Shown one piece after another: positions 15,675 through 20,000 of a DNA stretch of 20,000 bases. Origin of the DNA: an uncultured virus (IMG/VR IMGVR_UViG_3300037297_000328) (Duplodnaviria > Heunggongvirae > Uroviricota > Caudoviricetes). Made by a program: the position numbers and the translations under genes. The stretch is taken from IMG/VR virus record IMGVR_UViG_3300037297_000328. The stretch is one strand, 5' to 3'. Position 1 is the stretch's first letter. Each line of letters opens with the position of its first letter. Under the pieces are notes generated by a model. The model saw only the letters and a list, made by a program, of their open reading frames with translations, was not told the DNA's origin and searched no databases.

Positions 15675-17369
15675 ATGAATGATATTTTGGACAATATTAA
15701 TCCACATGTGCTAGAATACCAAAGCGCGACTGGCAGAATAGCAGAAATTCTAATTATAGAAACTGCTCCAAATGTTTTTTCCGCTCCCGTAGAATCAACG
15801 TTAGGAGACTGGGCTAATGAAGAAGGCTTTGACAAAGCTGTTATAACATGGAGACACAAATATGCTGCAGATGGAAACGGATGGGTTAAATACGTTTCGG
15901 GAAATTGGGTAGATACAATACTTACAATTCCGGCAGAGAAGTTTCCTATAATAATTGAAACGTTTTATCAGCTAAGGGATGCTTATTTGTCTCAAATATC
16001 ATTGATTACTCAAAATGTAAGTGGATCGTTAAATCCTTCTTCCGGGTATTTTATTGATAGTTTGCTGAATGCTATTGTTGCAAAAAAACCGGCAAATATA
16101 CAATACAATATTACTGTTACTGATATGCCTGGTGACAATTTAAATTTTGTTGTCCCGGCAATGGAAAATAAAAATGCATTTGCCTATTTTAGTGAAGCAT
16201 ACGAAGCTTATATGGCATCATATGTATATCCTACAGAAACATTTAACCTGAATTTCACAGGCAGTTCATATGAAAATGATGTGTATACGATTAAATCAGG
16301 ATACAACAGGAATCAAACATTAATTATCAATGTTTCAAACCTATTGCCTGATGGTAGTGTTTTAAGTTTTCAAATACCTCCTTTTGATGCACCTAGTTAT
16401 AATGCATACTTGCAGGCGGCATACGAAGATTTTATGTCTTCATATGTATATCCTACAGAAACATTTAATTTGGTGTATGGAAGTTCTAATTACGATAACA
16501 ATGTTAACGTAATTATGAACAACTATAATCGAAATCAGTCGCTTATTATTAATGTCGAAGGCGTTATCCCGGAAAGTCAGCAAGTGTTAACATTTGAAAT
16601 ACCTCCTTATCAATCACCAAATTACGATCAGTATTTTCAGGCGGCATACGATGAAGCTATGCAAAATTATGAATTTCCAAAATTATACATCAATATTAAC
16701 GGTGCCGCATCAACATATAGTGCCGAGGTTGACAAATTAATTGATAAGTATGGCGACAGAAATGGGGCTATTGAGATAACTGTGGAAGGAGTATTGCCTG
16801 ATGGTAGTGTGTTAACATTCACCATACCTGCTTTGGATATGGCAAATTATGATGAATATTTTCAATTAGCGTATGATGCATGGATGAGCGGTTATGATGA
16901 TGGTTCAAGTGAAGTTACTACCGGTGATGATTCAGGTAGTCCGCTCAGCGAGGAAACAATAAATGAAATTACCACTACAGCCGAAGAGATTATATCAAGT
17001 GGTGACGATGTTGTTATTTCAGGAGAGGATAAGTTAAGCGAAATAGTAGGCGATGAATTGGTTGGTACATTAAGTAGCGGCATACTTGGCGGTGGCGGCG
17101 GAGGAGGTTTTATGACCACCGATGAAGAAGGAAATATCGTAACTGCCGATGGCGGTTTTGTTGCTGTGCCAAAGGGACTAAGAATAACAGGATATATTTA
17201 TCCTTACTTATTCTTGTTTATTACACTTGCGGGCGGGGCAATCGGCTTTTTTGTCGCAAAAAGATACAAGCAGCAAACACCTGCTATGTTAGCATTAATA
17301 GCAGCCGGGTTAATGGGCGGATCGGCTGTAGGAATGAAGGTAAAACCGCCTGTAAAGGTGCCAAAATAA
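15675..17369 (+). CDS. Large repeat protein: 4-5 tandem ~74-aa alpha/beta domains, acidic/Gly linker, two C-terminal TMs
   Basis: Repeats YVYPTETFNL...YNRNQ.LIINV...P...VL.F.IPP...Y..Y.QAAY...M. Identical 29-nt DNA at 16218 and 16440. GGGGGGG linker. Confidence 0.8.
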   Translation: MNDILDNINPHVLEYQSATGRIAEILIIETAPNVFSAPVESTLGDWANEEGFDKAVITWRHKYAADGNGWVKYVSGNWVDTILTIPAEKFPIIIETFYQLRDAYLSQISLITQNVSGSLNPSSGYFIDSLLNAIVAKKPANIQYNITVTDMPGDNLNFVVPAMENKNAFAYFSEAYEAYMASYVYPTETFNLNFTGSSYENDVYTIKSGYNRNQTLIINVSNLLPDGSVLSFQIPPFDAPSYNAYLQAAYEDFMSSYVYPTETFNLVYGSSNYDNNVNVIMNNYNRNQSLIINVEGVIPESQQVLTFEIPPYQSPNYDQYFQAAYDEAMQNYEFPKLYININGAASTYSAEVDKLIDKYGDRNGAIEITVEGVLPDGSVLTFTIPALDMANYDEYFQLAYDAWMSGYDDGSSEVTTGDDSGSPLSEETINEITTTAEEIISSGDDVVISGEDKLSEIVGDELVGTLSSGILGGGGGGGFMTTDEEGNIVTADGGFVAVPKGLRITGYIYPYLFLFITLAGGAIGFFVAKRYKQQTPAMLALIAAGLMGGSAVGMKVKPPVKVPK

Positions 17370-17376
17370 GAGAAAG

Positions 17377-17526
17377 ATGTTATTTTCAAAATTAGTACAA
17401 GGTCAGCGTTTTCAAATTCTTGTCACATTGGGCGGGGCTATCATATTGGCCTTTGGAATATATGATAAGATTGTAAACATTAAGAAAAATAAGTTAGAAA
17501 TTAAAAAACTGGAAAATGAAGGTTAA
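17377..17526 (+). CDS. 49-aa single-TM protein
   Basis: MLFSKLVQGQRFQILVTLGGAIILAFGIYDKIVNIKKNKLEIKKLENEG*. Not in the ORF track. Confidence 0.65.
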   Translation: MLFSKLVQGQRFQILVTLGGAIILAFGIYDKIVNIKKNKLEIKKLENEG

Positions 17527-17800
17527 GTATTTTGTAATAGGTGGCCTTGCGCTTTTCTTGTATCTGGCTTGGCAAAAGAAAAAGCGAGAGAAAGAAGAAG
17601 CTGAAATTGAAAAGGTTTTAGAAGATAATGCAATGCCGACACAAGAGCAGATCGATTTGATCAGGCTTAAGCTTGAGGATTTCCTAAAAGCAAATTTCAG
17701 ATGGAGCAGCATTGATGAAATAAGAGGATGGGTTATAGATATCACATCAAATTTGGAAGAGTATAAAAAGGATTTGGAAAAGTATTCTGAGGATATATAA
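17516..17800 (+). CDS. Small N-anchored membrane protein
   Basis: TM YFVIGGLALFLYLAW followed by QKKKR. Confidence 0.75.
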   Translation: MKVKYFVIGGLALFLYLAWQKKKREKEEAEIEKVLEDNAMPTQEQIDLIRLKLEDFLKANFRWSSIDEIRGWVIDITSNLEEYKKDLEKYSEDI

Positions 17801-17806
17801 CAGAGA

Positions 17807-17914
17807 ATGACTAATGTAGAAAAAGGAATATTGATTTTTGCAGGGATTGTAATCATTACGTATGGCTACATAAGGGTTCGTGAAATAAAGGAAAAAATTG
17901 AAAATATTATATAA
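17807..17914 (+). CDS. 35-aa single-TM protein
   Basis: MTNVEKGILIFAGIVIITYGYIRVREIKEKIENII*. Stop overlaps the next ATG. Confidence 0.65.
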   Translation: MTNVEKGILIFAGIVIITYGYIRVREIKEKIENII

Positions 17915-18558
17915 TGGCTGTTAAATCAAATACCGTTCGAATACGTACAACCGGCTCTAATATGGGCTTGTTTCGTATCGTGTTAATCAGCAGTATCGGA
18001 ATAATTTCGATTATTTTATTAATTAAATTAATAAGAAAAGGACGTGCTGTATCAAGTGCTAATCGCGCCGATACCGATGTTAATGTACAGTTAGCTACAA
18101 TGCTTAATAGCGCAATTCATCCTGCCAGATCATTTGTGGGCGACCTTTTTACAGGCGCCGATAAATCTGAACTTTTTTCACTGGCAAAACAAATCAATAA
18201 GCAGGGCAATTTTCACGATGTTGCTACAGAATATTACAGGCTGTATGAAGAGTCGCTTACTCACGAAGTACAAGATGCACTTGGTCGGGACTATCAACAA
18301 TTTCTAAACATTATCTCTGGCGAAGGGATAACTCCTACGACAGCGAATAACCTGGCAAAAAAACTGTATGACGCATATAAAGGATTGACAGGACTTTTTG
18401 TATACGTGTCTTCTAATGAAGTAGCTACCATTCAGGAATATACAAGATTGACTGATAGTGATCAACAAATTGTTCAAGCTGCATATAATAGTATGTACAA
18501 TAGAAATTTAGCTTCTGATTTAATGGAGGTCGCAGATGATTTAACACCATTTTATTAA
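17914..18558 (+). CDS. N-anchored protein with two annexin-like repeats
   Basis: LATMLNSA...GADKSELF...VATEYYRLYEESLTHEV and LAKKLYDAYKG...SNEVATI...VQAAYNSMYNRNLASDL resemble the annexin pattern A..L..A.KG.GTDE...I...Y...Y...L..DI. Confidence 0.55.
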   Translation: MAVKSNTVRIRTTGSNMGLFRIVLISSIGIISIILLIKLIRKGRAVSSANRADTDVNVQLATMLNSAIHPARSFVGDLFTGADKSELFSLAKQINKQGNFHDVATEYYRLYEESLTHEVQDALGRDYQQFLNIISGEGITPTTANNLAKKLYDAYKGLTGLFVYVSSNEVATIQEYTRLTDSDQQIVQAAYNSMYNRNLASDLMEVADDLTPFY

Positions 18559-19190
18559 TGAAAGTAGATTTTAAACATATTGGTGGTGAAATCAAGGGAT
18601 TAATAAAAGACCATCCTCAATTGGCTATAATATTAGCAATAAGTACACCTGTGGCCATATTCGCCGGATGGTATTACTGGAGGCGTAAAAGTAGGATTGT
18701 GCGAACGGCAAAGAAATTTATAGGGCAGGAAGAAATCCGGAATAATATGGGCTTTATCGATGCCGAATTTCAGAAAATGATAAGTCAGTATGGTGATTAT
18801 ATGGCAGGCAACCAGTGGTGCATGAGTTTTGCAAAAGCGGTATGGTTATTAACTTTTGGGAAGAAATACCAGGCACAGCTTGATGAGTTATTAACCCCAA
18901 GCACGATTACCACCTGGACAAACTTTGAAAATGATAAGAGCGGTGATTTTAAGACCTCTGATAAACCAAGCCGGGGTGCGATAGTAATTTGGCAGCAACA
19001 TGTTAATGGTGCGCCACAATGGAAGGGCCATGCCGGTATTGTGCAAAAATGGAACAACGAAGAATTCCAGACTATTGAGGGAAATACCGCAGCCATACAA
19101 GGAATTGACCGTGTAGCTGAAAAAATACATACTTATAAATGGGATGTAAACAATGGCTTGAGATTAAAAGGATTTATAAGCGTAAATTAG
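18558..19190 (+). CDS. CHAP-domain peptidoglycan hydrolase with N-terminal signal-anchor
   Basis: AKKFIGQEE, QWCMSF (Cys), PSRGAIVIW, GHAGIV (His), TIEGNT. TM LAIILAISTPVAIFAGWYYW followed by RRK. Confidence 0.88.
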   Translation: MKVDFKHIGGEIKGLIKDHPQLAIILAISTPVAIFAGWYYWRRKSRIVRTAKKFIGQEEIRNNMGFIDAEFQKMISQYGDYMAGNQWCMSFAKAVWLLTFGKKYQAQLDELLTPSTITTWTNFENDKSGDFKTSDKPSRGAIVIWQQHVNGAPQWKGHAGIVQKWNNEEFQTIEGNTAAIQGIDRVAEKIHTYKWDVNNGLRLKGFISVN

Positions 19191-19195
19191 ATAAA

Positions 19196-19405
19196 ATGAC
19201 ACAGGAAGAAAAAATAAGATTATCGGCACGAAAAGCTGGCGTGGTCGCCGGCGGAATGGCTTCTTTAGGTTTTGGTGCCGGATTATGGTATGCATATAAG
19301 CATGACCAAAAATTTTGGGGTTATGTTGGGTTTGCATTATTGGGCAGCATTGTATTTGGCGCTGCCGGACGTATAATCGGTGGTTTAATGGTTAAAACTG
19401 AGTAA
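19196..19405 (+). CDS. Small Gly-rich two-TM protein (virion membrane protein or holin candidate)
   Basis: In-frame ATG 19196 (MTQEEK...). Two hydrophobic Gly-rich helices. Adjacent to the CHAP gene. Confidence 0.65.
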   Translation: MTQEEKIRLSARKAGVVAGGMASLGFGAGLWYAYKHDQKFWGYVGFALLGSIVFGAAGRIIGGLMVKTE

Positions 19406-19406
19406 T

Positions 19407-19988
19407 ATGAAATTTGACGATAAAAAAATATGGATATTTGGAGGGATTAGCCTGGCTATTTCTGCGGCTTTATTTTACTGGTATTACAAGAAAAAAGCTA
19501 AACCATCTGTAAGCGCAAGTAATGTTGATAAAACTATCCATGATGAAGGTTTTAACCCGGCTATACTTGAAAAGAAAGACAATACTTTTGTTTCGCCGAA
19601 TGTCACGGCCAGCTTGAATAATATTTCAGATGAACCGGTCGGTTTACAAAAAAATACGGTTTCTTCAGATATAAATAAACCTGATGCTTATAATCCTTTC
19701 GGGCTAGTTACCGAAACAACTATCGGAGACATTGTGATAACAGCGCCATGCACCAAATGGACAGACAATAACTTCCCATTAATGAAATGCATGAAAGGAA
19801 ACGATGTTTCTCAGTTGCAGAAGATTATTAATAAAATGTATGCTTCTAAAATAGGTATGACAGTAAAAGAGGACGGCTACTTTGGGCCACAGATGGAAAT
19901 GGCCGTAAAAGCGGCGTTTGGTGTCTCCCAAATAAGCTACATGGAATTTTTAAAAATTAAACTGAAATATGACTCTACATACTATTAA
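19407..19988 (+). CDS. N-anchored protein with a C-terminal PG_binding_1-like domain
   Basis: TM IWIFGGISLAISAALFYWYY followed by KKK. FPLMKCMKGNDVSQLQKIIN...EDGYFGPQMEMAV. Confidence 0.75.
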   Translation: MKFDDKKIWIFGGISLAISAALFYWYYKKKAKPSVSASNVDKTIHDEGFNPAILEKKDNTFVSPNVTASLNNISDEPVGLQKNTVSSDINKPDAYNPFGLVTETTIGDIVITAPCTKWTDNNFPLMKCMKGNDVSQLQKIINKMYASKIGMTVKEDGYFGPQMEMAVKAAFGVSQISYMEFLKIKLKYDSTYY

Positions 19989-20000
19989 AATAAAAATTGA

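Noticed and set aside
2468..19130. All minus-strand ORFs in the track (e.g. 11623..11808, 11968..12354, 14976..15320, 16892..17119, 17494..17856)
   Set aside because: They are antisense shadows of well-supported + strand genes. Their repeats and poly-Pro simply mirror the + strand repeats and poly-Gly.
1..20000. Stop-codon reassignment as in some Bacteroidota phages
   Set aside because: Genes tile densely under code 11, and TAA, TAG and TGA all occur as terminal stops at tight gene junctions.

Overview
AT-rich, almost entirely + strand, densely coding window that reads as the morphogenesis region of a tailless, probably internal-membrane dsDNA virus (or provirus). The host is probably Bacteroidota: there are TAnnTTTG promoters, A-rich leaders without Shine-Dalgarno motifs, and a Reg_prop-like propeller. 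It encodes an A32/FtsK-HerA-type packaging ATPase, preceded by an apparently inactive paralog. A 196-aa beta-rich candidate single jelly-roll major capsid protein is followed by a strong terminator, and a second capsid-like protein carries an inserted 7-blade beta-propeller (candidate spike/vertex). Other genes: about 20 membrane-anchored proteins, a membrane-anchored papain-like (C1) protease, an HExxH metalloprotease, a CHAP hydrolase, two PG-binding-domain proteins, an annexin-like protein and a GT-A glycosyltransferase. Many of the putative virion proteins share a short x-A-x-G(D) motif, which is tandemly amplified in one gene and may be a maturation-cleavage or docking signal. An accessory block (about 3.9-7.5 kb) holds small ORFs, pseudogenes, attC-like hairpins and heptamer junction repeats. 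I saw no terminase, portal, tail, integrase, rRNA, tRNA or CRISPR. All family assignments come from motif recognition by eye, not database searches.
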